DNA from: Opitutaceae bacterium | GTDB lineage: Bacteria; Verrucomicrobiota; Verrucomicrobiia; Opitutales; Coraliomargaritaceae | NCBI GenBank assembly: GCA_051252375.1 | Contig: JBPOFY010000002.1 | Span: forward strand, 256,001 to 320,000 | Direction of reading: 5' to 3' | DNA length: 64,000 nt | Shown: positions 1 through 8,646 of the stretch, one piece after another | Layout of the letters: each line of letters opens with the position of its first letter | How positions within the stretch are numbered: the first letter of the stretch is position 1 | Position numbers and translations under genes: made by a program | Notes under the pieces: generated by a model | Seen by the model: the letters and a program-made list of their open reading frames with translations, nothing else | Databases searched by the model: none | Told to the model about the DNA's origin: nothing

Positions 1-88
1 GCATTAGGGTAAACACCTAAGTAACTTGTTGCTAGTATTTTACAGACCCGAAAAACGAACCAATTAAATATACCTTGATATCAAGCAA

Positions 89-832
89 TTACCTAGAATC
101 AGGTAGTAATGTTTCAATTTCCGCAGCCACTTTCTCGGCCAAGGCGACACTCCCCTGCTTAGTAAAATGAACGCCATCAGACGCCTGCCATTCGTCCAAT
201 CGTGGTAAGCAAAAGGCATACAAATCATTCACTGGAATACTGTTCACTTTCACAATTCCTAAAGCAGCAGCGTTATAACGAATTGGTCCATCAACTTCAC
301 GCAACGGACCAGAGCAATTTGCGGCGACAGGTGTCGTTGTCGCAAAAATCAACTTAGCGTTTGTCGCTTTCAATTTAGCGACCAACTCCTCCATATTTTC
401 ACTATACTGCTCCACTGTGGCCTGATAAGGGTCGCTGGCTTTGGTCGAGTTCACCATTTTCCCATTCTCTAGGTATTTCACTCGCTTCAAATCATGTAAG
501 CCCCAGTTAAAGTGAATAACGTCCCATTTCTGAACCGATAACCAGCGATCAATATGCTTTACGCCATTGATCGTGCCCTGGCAATTTTCAGGCTTAGTTA
601 CTTTATTCGGTCGAAAGACGTTGGCCTTGCCTTTCAGCAATGCCTTCACCTGAAGCGTGTAGCCAATCGAAATCGAATCACCCAAGATCAAAACATTAGG
701 AAGATTCGGATCGGGGATAGTCTCCCAACCCGAGTTCACAGCTAGTTCGGCAGTCGAGCCAGCTTCAGGAGTATACGCAAATGCTGCATTCAAGAATGCA
801 GCACTGAGAATTAGAGAGAGTAAGATTTTCAT
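89..832 (-). CDS. SGNH/GDSL hydrolase family protein, secreted
   Basis: Signal peptide; GDSIS block I, HFNWGLHD block III, DGVH block V. Confidence 0.85.
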   Translation of the reverse strand: MKILLSLILSAAFLNAAFAYTPEAGSTAELAVNSGWETIPDPNLPNVLILGDSISIGYTLQVKALLKGKANVFRPNKVTKPENCQGTINGVKHIDRWLSVQKWDVIHFNWGLHDLKRVKYLENGKMVNSTKASDPYQATVEQYSENMEELVAKLKATNAKLIFATTTPVAANCSGPLREVDGPIRYNAAALGIVKVNSIPVNDLYAFCLPRLDEWQASDGVHFTKQGSVALAEKVAAEIETLLPDSR

Positions 833-862
833 ATTTTTACATTTCAGGAAAACTAAACCACC

Positions 863-2593
863 CTACAACGCTTCAACCTCAGTGTAATAGGCACCTCGAA
901 CCTGATCATCCGTATCATATAAATAGGTGATCAATTCCGCAGGTCCTGCGGGCAAATTCAAGGTAAAGCTAACAGATTTGGCACCGGGAGCCACATCCAC
1001 CTCTTGTGAGACGCCAGCGATTTCGATTTTGGCACGAACCGCCTTTAACGCGGCAGGCGCCTCTTTAGGTCGTTGACGAAGTGTAAATCGATATTCGCCC
1101 GCTTGCTTCACATCAACCATCCAAGGTCCTGTTTTTTGAGGCATACCTGCGATCGCACCCTGAGACCATGGAGGATTGCCCTTGGGCAAATACCAATCTT
1201 GTGAATTCAGATCGGTTGGGTTCTGCGCAGGATTACCCAAATCAATGCGAACCGCCTGCATACGTGGTGACACCGATTCCCACCATGACAAATAAGCCGG
1301 CTTGAGACTCTCCACAACTTCGGGGAATTGCTTCGCCACATCCTTACTTTGAGAAGGGTCTTTGCGAATATCATATAATTTTTCGCCATTCATCAGCCTC
1401 CATTTGCCGCTTAAGACCACAGATTCATTCCAAGGCTTGATCCCTTTAACCAAGCCAACACCTCCATGGAATTGAACCACGATAGGATCGCGCTTCAACG
1501 GGGCTTTGGGCTTGCGCAATACTTTCGCAAAAGAAATCCCATCTGCTTCATACGACTCAGGCAGATCCAATCCACAGAGCTCAGCCAAGGTCGGCAATAC
1601 GTCGATGTGAGCCGTCATGGCATTCACATTCTGAGGCTTGGCCAACTTACCTTCAGGCCAATGAAAAAAGAAAGGCACGCGATGCCCACCATCCCAGATC
1701 GTCGATTTGCCACCACGCATTCCTGCATTGAAAACGCCTGAGCCCTTCGCCGAACCATTATCACTCATGAAAATGAAAATCGTGTTTTCAGCGAGACCGA
1801 GCTGCTGTAAACGTGCTCTAAAAATGCCAAGGTTGTAGTCCAAATTGGCAATCATGCCAAAGAACTCCTTCATACTTTTCCCCTTCACCTTGCTGTAAGG
1901 AGCCACCCACTCTTTACCCACTCGATATGGACCGTGCGGTGCATTCGTAGACAGATACAGGAAGAATGGCTTCTCTTGATTACGTTCTACAAATCGCATC
2001 GCTTCATCAAACCACACATCAGTGCAATAGCCTTTAAACTTCTTTAGAGTGCCTTGCTTATTATCAGTCGACGCAACTTCATACGTGTCATCAAAGTAAT
2101 CATTGCCCCAGTAGTCAGGTCCCTGCCCGACACCACCGGCTTTATGCCAGACAACCTGCTGAAAACCACGATCCTGCGGACGGTGCGGCGCGTTATCGCC
2201 TAAGTGCCATTTCCCCACTAGCCCAGTCACATAGCCATTAGCCGCAAAGATCTCAGCCATCGTGCTCTCATCAGTATGCATCAATGTGCGACCACTACTC
2301 GTGCGAAAGGCCCCGTTACGACCAGGGTAGCGCCCCGTCATGATAGCACCACGCGTAGGTGTGCAAAAAGGGCTGACGTGAAAATCCGTTAAGCGCAGCG
2401 ACTCTTCATGCAATTTGTCCAAGCTCGGCGTCTTTAAAATCGGATTACCATGAGCGCCGATGTCACCGTAACCTTGATCGTCGGTGATAACGATCACGAC
2501 ATTTGGTGGGACCTGCTTCGCAGACTTCGCCTCCACTAATACAATCGGTAATAGTAGAGCACAGAATATACAGTAGGGGAAATTCGAAGGCAT
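863..2593 (-). CDS. Arylsulfatase (S1, Cys-type)
   Basis: ITDDQGYGD, CTPTR formylglycine motif, GKWHLG, SDNG; signal peptide. Confidence 0.93.
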   Translation of the reverse strand: MPSNFPYCIFCALLLPIVLVEAKSAKQVPPNVVIVITDDQGYGDIGAHGNPILKTPSLDKLHEESLRLTDFHVSPFCTPTRGAIMTGRYPGRNGAFRTSSGRTLMHTDESTMAEIFAANGYVTGLVGKWHLGDNAPHRPQDRGFQQVVWHKAGGVGQGPDYWGNDYFDDTYEVASTDNKQGTLKKFKGYCTDVWFDEAMRFVERNQEKPFFLYLSTNAPHGPYRVGKEWVAPYSKVKGKSMKEFFGMIANLDYNLGIFRARLQQLGLAENTIFIFMSDNGSAKGSGVFNAGMRGGKSTIWDGGHRVPFFFHWPEGKLAKPQNVNAMTAHIDVLPTLAELCGLDLPESYEADGISFAKVLRKPKAPLKRDPIVVQFHGGVGLVKGIKPWNESVVLSGKWRLMNGEKLYDIRKDPSQSKDVAKQFPEVVESLKPAYLSWWESVSPRMQAVRIDLGNPAQNPTDLNSQDWYLPKGNPPWSQGAIAGMPQKTGPWMVDVKQAGEYRFTLRQRPKEAPAALKAVRAKIEIAGVSQEVDVAPGAKSVSFTLNLPAGPAELITYLYDTDDQVRGAYYTEVEAL

Positions 2594-2622
2594 TTATAGA
2601 GTGTAGTTTAGGGTAGATGGAA

Positions 2623-2666
2623 AGTATATCGCATCCCCTACGGTAGAGTATCCCTAATATACGTTA
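2623..2666 (-). promoter_or_regulatory. Candidate activator site TATCCC-N6-ACGTTA (2649-2666) plus -10 TATACT
   Basis: Motif recurs at 3230, 50149, 59585 and 63510, each 20-21 nt from a -10-like hexamer. Confidence 0.6.
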
Positions 2667-2724
2667 TAGGACCATATCAATAATCACGCGGGCATGCGCG
2701 CCTACATGTAGCTAAGCGCTTAAA

Positions 2725-3159
2725 TTACTCTGCTCGCTGCTGGGCTTTGGTCAACCAATCCATCAGCACTGCCTTTTCGCCCTTCTTCTCGTATTCGGCT
2801 TTCAGCATATCGAGTTCTGCGGTCAGCTGGGCATCTTTTCTGAAAGGACGAGGTAATTTAGCTCCCTGCGGCATGTCATCGTCACCGATCACTTCGAGCA
2901 TGATATTCACATTAGGCAAAGTCTTCAAAATCGCCTCGTCTGTGCTGAAATCAATGTCCTCCTTGACGATCAATTCACCCTTCATCTCGGCACCGTGGCA
3001 CATTACGCAACGCGCATCCAATATCTGACGCACTTGCGGCGTGATTGGCATCAAAGCAGAAGTGGGAATCGCTGGTTCTTCAACTTCAGCCTCTTCAGCA
3101 TGAAGCGATGCAACGGCAGTCAGAGCCAGTAGAAGAATAGACGTATAATTTAGGGACAT
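2725..3159 (-). CDS. Secreted small c-type cytochrome-like protein
   Basis: Signal peptide; CVMCH heme-attachment motif and downstream MP motif. Confidence 0.6.
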   Translation of the reverse strand: MSLNYTSILLLALTAVASLHAEEAEVEEPAIPTSALMPITPQVRQILDARCVMCHGAEMKGELIVKEDIDFSTDEAILKTLPNVNIMLEVIGDDDMPQGAKLPRPFRKDAQLTAELDMLKAEYEKKGEKAVLMDWLTKAQQRAE

Positions 3160-3203
3160 AATGAAGTGGCTGCTATTGTGATTTGCTTAGGGCAATTAAA
3201 GCT

Positions 3204-3247
3204 ATGCTACACGATATAACCGGTCATGCTATCCCACAAATACGTGA
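3204..3247 (-). promoter_or_regulatory. Candidate activator site TATCCC-N6-ACGTGA (3230-3247) plus -10 TAGCAT
   Basis: Same motif and 20-nt spacing as at 2649. Confidence 0.6.
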
Positions 3248-3343
3248 GTCTTTGCAATTAGAACGCACCAGCCTTTAAAACTTAATCGTATGACACTATT
3301 TGACTTCAAAAGTCCTAGCCACAGGCTCTAGTGTCTACAAATC

Positions 3344-3763
3344 ATGAATTTAAAAGACAAACAAGCCACCCTGATCGAAGAGATCACTTTGATACCCGAC
3401 GCCTACGAGCGTCTGGGCTACATCGTGGAATGCGGCAAGAAAGCCGCCGGCCTCCCCGATGACCTACGTATCGACAGCTTCAAGATAGAAGGTTGCATGT
3501 CCCAGCTCTGGGTCGTCCCTGAGTTTAAGGACGGGCTATGCTATTTTCGTTCGGAATCTGACTCCGCCATCGTCAAAGGCATCGCCGAACTGCTCTGCAA
3601 CTTTTACAGTGATCAAAAGCCCGAAGAAATCGTCGAAACCGATGCGGAGTTTTTGGCAGAAGTCGGCATCACACAGCATTTATCTCCCAACCGACGCAAC
3701 GGCCTCAGCCGTATTGTGGAGTCGATCCAGCGCTTTGCCAAATCCTGCATGGCAGGATCGTAA
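3344..3763 (+). CDS. sufE: SufE family Fe-S sulfur-transfer protein
   Basis: IEGCMSQLW, SDSAIVKG, LSPNRRNGL motifs. Confidence 0.92.
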   Translation: MNLKDKQATLIEEITLIPDAYERLGYIVECGKKAAGLPDDLRIDSFKIEGCMSQLWVVPEFKDGLCYFRSESDSAIVKGIAELLCNFYSDQKPEEIVETDAEFLAEVGITQHLSPNRRNGLSRIVESIQRFAKSCMAGS

Positions 3764-3775
3764 CGCGCCAGCGTC

Positions 3776-4585
3776 ATGACTGCCCCACTCTACGATGCAC
3801 ATGCGCATTTAGCCGACACACGGCTTGAGCCGTATCGCGGAGCCATCGAGCAGTCACTCAAGGAAATCAACTGCCAGCAAACAGTCGTCAACGGAACCTC
3901 GCCCGCCGATTGGCATCTGGTCGTCGAATACACGAAGTCGTCGGGCAAGTCGCTTCCCGCCATTGGGCTACACCCATGGCAAGTGAACGATGCACCAGTT
4001 GACTGGCAGGCACAATTCTCTCAGCTCCTAAATACAGATGCGATCATCGTCATCGGCGAAATCGGGCTGGACCAGTGGATCGAAGGCCATGACATCGAGC
4101 AGCAGCAAGCTGCCTTCAAATGGCAACTTCAAGTCGCCGCTCAACACAACCTTCCGGTCTCGATCCATTGCCTGCTTGCGATGCAACCGCTACTGGAGAC
4201 TCTACTCGCGGCACAATTGCCACAACGCGGCATCCACCTACATGCCTTCAATGGCTCCGCTGAGGAGGCACGACGATTAGTCGAACTCGGCGCTTACTTT
4301 TCATTCAATGCCGGACAACTCAAACCGAATGCAAAAACTGTATACGAAGCCATTCGCGCCATTCCCGAAGATCGCCTTTTGATCGAGACCGATGCACCCG
4401 ACATGCTACCGCCAAGTGAACACCGTGAATTCGAACTGCCGCCCGCAAACTCGTCCACTCGACCGCTGAACCATCCAGCAAACTTGCTCGCTGCCTACAA
4501 AGCAATTGCCGACATCCGATCCACATCGTTCAATCAACTAGCGATTCAAGTCGAACAAAACTTTCAACGCTATTTCATCCAATAA
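3776..4585 (+). CDS. tatD: TatD family hydrolase
   Basis: DAHAHL, GLHPW, GEIGLD, LIETDAP, NHPAN motifs. Confidence 0.9.
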   Translation: MTAPLYDAHAHLADTRLEPYRGAIEQSLKEINCQQTVVNGTSPADWHLVVEYTKSSGKSLPAIGLHPWQVNDAPVDWQAQFSQLLNTDAIIVIGEIGLDQWIEGHDIEQQQAAFKWQLQVAAQHNLPVSIHCLLAMQPLLETLLAAQLPQRGIHLHAFNGSAEEARRLVELGAYFSFNAGQLKPNAKTVYEAIRAIPEDRLLIETDAPDMLPPSEHREFELPPANSSTRPLNHPANLLAAYKAIADIRSTSFNQLAIQVEQNFQRYFIQ

Positions 4586-4589
4586 CCCT

Positions 4590-5030
4590 GTGAACATATC
4601 TGAGTTCAAGCCATTGCCCAAAGTTGGGCCGAAGCAGATCATCGTCCGAGGTCTGCAAAAAACTTGCCCCAATTGCGGTCAGGCCAAGTTATTCCGCTCA
4701 CCCCTACACATCCACCATCGATGCCCCTCCTGCGGCATGACATTAGAGCGTGGCGACGGTTACTACCTCGGGCCGCTTTGCATCAACTACGGCTTCGTCG
4801 CGATTGGCTTCGTCTCTCCAGTTCTAATCGTCGGCTTCCTCGGCATCTTCCCGATGAAGACCGCTCTGGCGATCGCACTCATTGGCGCACTGCTACTCCC
4901 GATCGCGCTCTACCGAACGACTTGGAGCCTGTGGCTCATGCTCTACTACATCTGCCTACCGGACGAACTCCACGCCAACCACTCAGAAGATAGCGACGAC
5001 CTTTCCTTCGAAGAAGAAAAGCGAAGTTAA
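4590..5030 (+). CDS. DUF983-like Zn-ribbon membrane protein
   Basis: CPNCG...CPSCG followed by two hydrophobic helices. Confidence 0.7.
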   Translation: MNISEFKPLPKVGPKQIIVRGLQKTCPNCGQAKLFRSPLHIHHRCPSCGMTLERGDGYYLGPLCINYGFVAIGFVSPVLIVGFLGIFPMKTALAIALIGALLLPIALYRTTWSLWLMLYYICLPDELHANHSEDSDDLSFEEEKRS

Positions 5031-5118
5031 CATTTTTTTTACATTACCGCATATAAATAAGTAAATAACGTTAATAAAAGCATAGACAGTTCGACCTACT
5101 ACAAGTATTTATAGTGAG

Positions 5119-6570
5119 TTGAATACTCAAATACAGTGGTTGGTTTACCTCGGTGCGAGTCAGGGGTTATTCGAGGCCAAACCGTGTTTGGACTTATCGA
5201 ACAAAATACATTCAGAAGTTGAACTCGTTGAATTTGCCGAGTCCCTCCTTAAGAAGCGCATCTGCCTAGATTTTGACGGTCTTCAGACCCTAGTTGAAGA
5301 AGCATATGAACATTCATTGAAAGGTGCCCCCCCCGAGAACCCATTTGATGATGTCGCCCAACTCCAAGAGGATGGAATCGATACCCCAAAGGATACAGAA
5401 TGCTCTGAAATAGACATTTTGCAGATGCTGCCTGAACTAGCCGGCATTAATGACATCACGACGCATGATTCTGCTGAAAAAACCATGCGCTCGCTGCTCC
5501 AAGCGTGTCACGAATTGGGAGCCAGCGACCTACACGTATCAGCAGGTGCCAGACCCTTTGTTCGTTTGAATCGAAAAATCTGCTACTTGAATGTATCTAC
5601 ACTGACTCCAACAACATCAGCGCTACTGAACAACGCCCTTCTTTCCGAGGAACGAAGCGTGCTATTCGAAGCCAAAAAAGATTTAGACTTTGCCTTAGCA
5701 TTGACCGAACAAGAACGATATCGCGTCAACTTAATGATCCACAAAGAAGGCGTTTCCGGAACCTACCGCTTAATCCCGCAAAGCATCGTGCCGATTGAGT
5801 CCTTAGGTTTCGAGGATCTCAAACCGATCGAAAAACTACTCAGTTACAACAACGGGCTGATTCTGGTAGCAGGCCCAATTGGTTCAGGGAAAACAGTTAC
5901 ACTCGCCTCTATGATCGATTTTATAAATCGCAATCGAGAGGATCACCTGATCGCCGTCGAAGAACCGATCGAGATCGTCCAACGTTCCAAAAGCTGCCAA
6001 ATCACACAGCGCGAGATCGGCATCCATGCACATGGCTTTACAAACGCGCTCAAAAGTGCCTTACGACAAGATCCCGACGTCATTGTAATCGGAGAAATGC
6101 GCGACTTAACTACCATTGAAATGGCGATTAGTGCATCGGAGACCGGGCACCTAGTCATCGGCACCTTAAATACAAATGATGCTGCCAACACTTTAAACAG
6201 AGTCCTCGATGTTTTTCCCGCCGCCCAACAAACACAGATCAGGGCCATGCTATCACATGCACTACGCGGGATAATCTGTCAGCACTTGGTCCCCTCGACT
6301 AAAGGAGGGATGGCCCTCGCCTATGAATTACTGATCAATAATACCGCAGTATGCGCGCTGATTCAGAAAAACAAACCCGAGGGTTTAGTGAATGCGATGG
6401 AAACCGGCTCCGCCGACGGGATGCGCTTGATGGACAAGTCGGTGCTCTCCCTCTGGGAAAGAGACCTTATCTCCGATGCAGTAGCTCTCAAAAACTTAAA
6501 AAGTAAAATTATCCGCCAGCAACTAAGCGAGCTCATCAAACTACAGAAGCCAACTCATTTGAGCGAATGA
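5119..6570 (+). CDS. pilT: PilT/PilU family ATPase with ~120 aa N-terminal extension
   Basis: ASDLH, GPIGSGKT, ALRQDPDVIVIGEMRD, ETGHLV. Confidence 0.8.
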   Translation: MNTQIQWLVYLGASQGLFEAKPCLDLSNKIHSEVELVEFAESLLKKRICLDFDGLQTLVEEAYEHSLKGAPPENPFDDVAQLQEDGIDTPKDTECSEIDILQMLPELAGINDITTHDSAEKTMRSLLQACHELGASDLHVSAGARPFVRLNRKICYLNVSTLTPTTSALLNNALLSEERSVLFEAKKDLDFALALTEQERYRVNLMIHKEGVSGTYRLIPQSIVPIESLGFEDLKPIEKLLSYNNGLILVAGPIGSGKTVTLASMIDFINRNREDHLIAVEEPIEIVQRSKSCQITQREIGIHAHGFTNALKSALRQDPDVIVIGEMRDLTTIEMAISASETGHLVIGTLNTNDAANTLNRVLDVFPAAQQTQIRAMLSHALRGIICQHLVPSTKGGMALAYELLINNTAVCALIQKNKPEGLVNAMETGSADGMRLMDKSVLSLWERDLISDAVALKNLKSKIIRQQLSELIKLQKPTHLSE

Positions 6571-6590
6571 CCCTTTTTTAGAAATACACC

Positions 6591-7682
6591 ATGCCAGCAA
6601 TCGACAAATATCTGAAAGAACTCCTCTCGAAGCATGGCTCAGACCTACATCTTTCCGTCGGCACGCCTCCTCGCATACGCGCTGCTGGGTCGATTCAAAA
6701 CCTTGATGATAAGCCACTAACAGCAGAGCAAATGGAGTCCCTGCTAAAAGAATTATGCGGCGAGGAACGCTGGCTCCAATTTCTAAAAAACACAGATCTC
6801 GATCTTGCCCATGAACTTGAAACCGGAGACCGGTTTAGAGCAAATTTCTTAATCAATCACTGGGGCTACGCCGCCGTGCTGCGCCATATACCCGCAAAAA
6901 TCGTTTCGTTCGAAGCACTCAACCTGCCTGAAATCCTGAAGACATTTTGCTTTGCTAAAGAAGGCATGGTCTTTGTAACCGGTCCCACTGGTAGCGGTAA
7001 ATCGACCACATTGGCGGCGATGATTGATTTAATAAACGAGAACAAACAAAAGCATATCATCACCATTGAGGACCCCATTGAGTTCGTCCATAAGAACAAA
7101 AAAAGCGTGATCGTGCACCGAGAAGCTGGCGAACATAGCACTACCTTTGCGACTGCACTCAGAGGTGCCATGCGAGCCGACCCCGACATCATTTTGATCG
7201 GGGAAATGCGCGACCTTGAAACCATACGCTTAGCACTGAATTGCGCCTCTATGGGCATGCTCGTCTTTGGCACCCTACATACAAATAATGCACCGATGAC
7301 AATTGATCGGGTGATCGACGCCTTCCCCTCCGACGAACAAAACCAAATTCGCACAATGCTGGGTGCTTGCTTAAATGGTGTCGTCTCTCAACTGCTTTGT
7401 AAAAAAATAGGCGGCGGTCGGATAGCGGGGCATGAAATATTGCTCAAACATGACGCACTGCCGACTTGTATACGCAGTGGCAAAATTAGCCGAATACGCC
7501 AAATTATTGAAAGTAGCATGTCAGATGGTATGGTAACCATGGATGCCTCGCTGGAAAAATTATACAAAGCGAATAAAATCACCGCAGAGGAGGCTTACCT
7601 AAAAGCGTCCAATAAAAGCCTCTTTGAAAAACACATAGCTGCTGAAGATGAGATCGGTGTTTACCCTGAAAGCTACCAGTAA
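6591..7682 (+). CDS. pilT: Type IV pilus retraction ATPase PilT
   Basis: GSDLHL, GPTGSGKSTT, TIEDPIE, DPDIILIGEMRD, GTLHT. Confidence 0.9.
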   Translation: MPAIDKYLKELLSKHGSDLHLSVGTPPRIRAAGSIQNLDDKPLTAEQMESLLKELCGEERWLQFLKNTDLDLAHELETGDRFRANFLINHWGYAAVLRHIPAKIVSFEALNLPEILKTFCFAKEGMVFVTGPTGSGKSTTLAAMIDLINENKQKHIITIEDPIEFVHKNKKSVIVHREAGEHSTTFATALRGAMRADPDIILIGEMRDLETIRLALNCASMGMLVFGTLHTNNAPMTIDRVIDAFPSDEQNQIRTMLGACLNGVVSQLLCKKIGGGRIAGHEILLKHDALPTCIRSGKISRIRQIIESSMSDGMVTMDASLEKLYKANKITAEEAYLKASNKSLFEKHIAAEDEIGVYPESYQ

Positions 7683-7759
7683 AATATGCCCGACGGTATA
7701 CATCCTGCGAGCATCTGATTCAGGTCTTCCTGACGCGGTGCCTCGACACAAAGTCTGAG

Positions 7760-8635
7760 CTACAAAGCATCCATCACATCGGCGATTTGCTTCAAATCGA
7801 TCGGCTTGGATATATACTGCTTCATCCCAATTTTCTTACAACGACTCTCAATGCCGGAAGTAGTATCGGCTGTAACAGCAATGATCGGAGTGAAAGCATT
7901 GAGCGGGCAACTCGTCACAATCTGGCGAGTCGCATCAAAGCCATCCATCAGCGGCATGTTTAAATCCATAAAGATAACATCAAACTGCCTCTGCTTACAA
8001 ATTTCTACACCAGCCTTCCCCGTCTCCGCTACATGTGCAACGGCACCTAAACGCTCAATAATCCTGCTCATCACAATTCGATTCGTCTCATCGTCTTCAA
8101 CGACCAACGCATGAATATGCTCAGTAGATTTCGAAACGTGCTCGTCAGATAATGTGAGTTCTTGCGCAGGTGGATCCTTCGCTCGAATTGCCTCCAGATG
8201 GCTATGCCAAAATGGCGCCAATAAAGATCCGACAAAGCTGCATAACCGTAGCACTTCAGGAGCATGCTCATCTTCAGAATCGTCTGGCAATGAAAGCGCT
8301 ATACTAGCCACCCAACGCCCCTGAAAAATCAATGGCTCAATCAATGCTTTCTGATTTGGCTGATCGTAGAAAAACGACTGATTAAAATTCGCCGTGCCGC
8401 CAACTTTTCCCGGCAAGGCTTGGGACCCATCCGGTCTCCATTCATACACTACCCCACATTTTGTATATCCGTGGTGGTAAGATACGATATAAGCGACTTT
8501 AGCATCTAGAGAATGACCTAAAGAGGCTAAAACCTGTTGGATTTTTTGGATCGGATCAACCGCATCAACCTCTGCAGCTAATATCTGCTGAACTCGCGCA
8601 ACACATTCGATCGTCCTAAAGTGTAAATGATTCAT
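7760..8635 (-). CDS. Response regulator (GAF-like N-terminus plus C-terminal receiver domain)
   Basis: LVVEDD...FDVIFMDLNMPLMDG...TA...KP receiver; start set at ATG 8635, just after the glgB stop. Confidence 0.75.
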   Translation of the reverse strand: MNHLHFRTIECVARVQQILAAEVDAVDPIQKIQQVLASLGHSLDAKVAYIVSYHHGYTKCGVVYEWRPDGSQALPGKVGGTANFNQSFFYDQPNQKALIEPLIFQGRWVASIALSLPDDSEDEHAPEVLRLCSFVGSLLAPFWHSHLEAIRAKDPPAQELTLSDEHVSKSTEHIHALVVEDDETNRIVMSRIIERLGAVAHVAETGKAGVEICKQRQFDVIFMDLNMPLMDGFDATRQIVTSCPLNAFTPIIAVTADTTSGIESRCKKIGMKQYISKPIDLKQIADVMDAL

Positions 8636-8646
8636 ATGATAACGTG

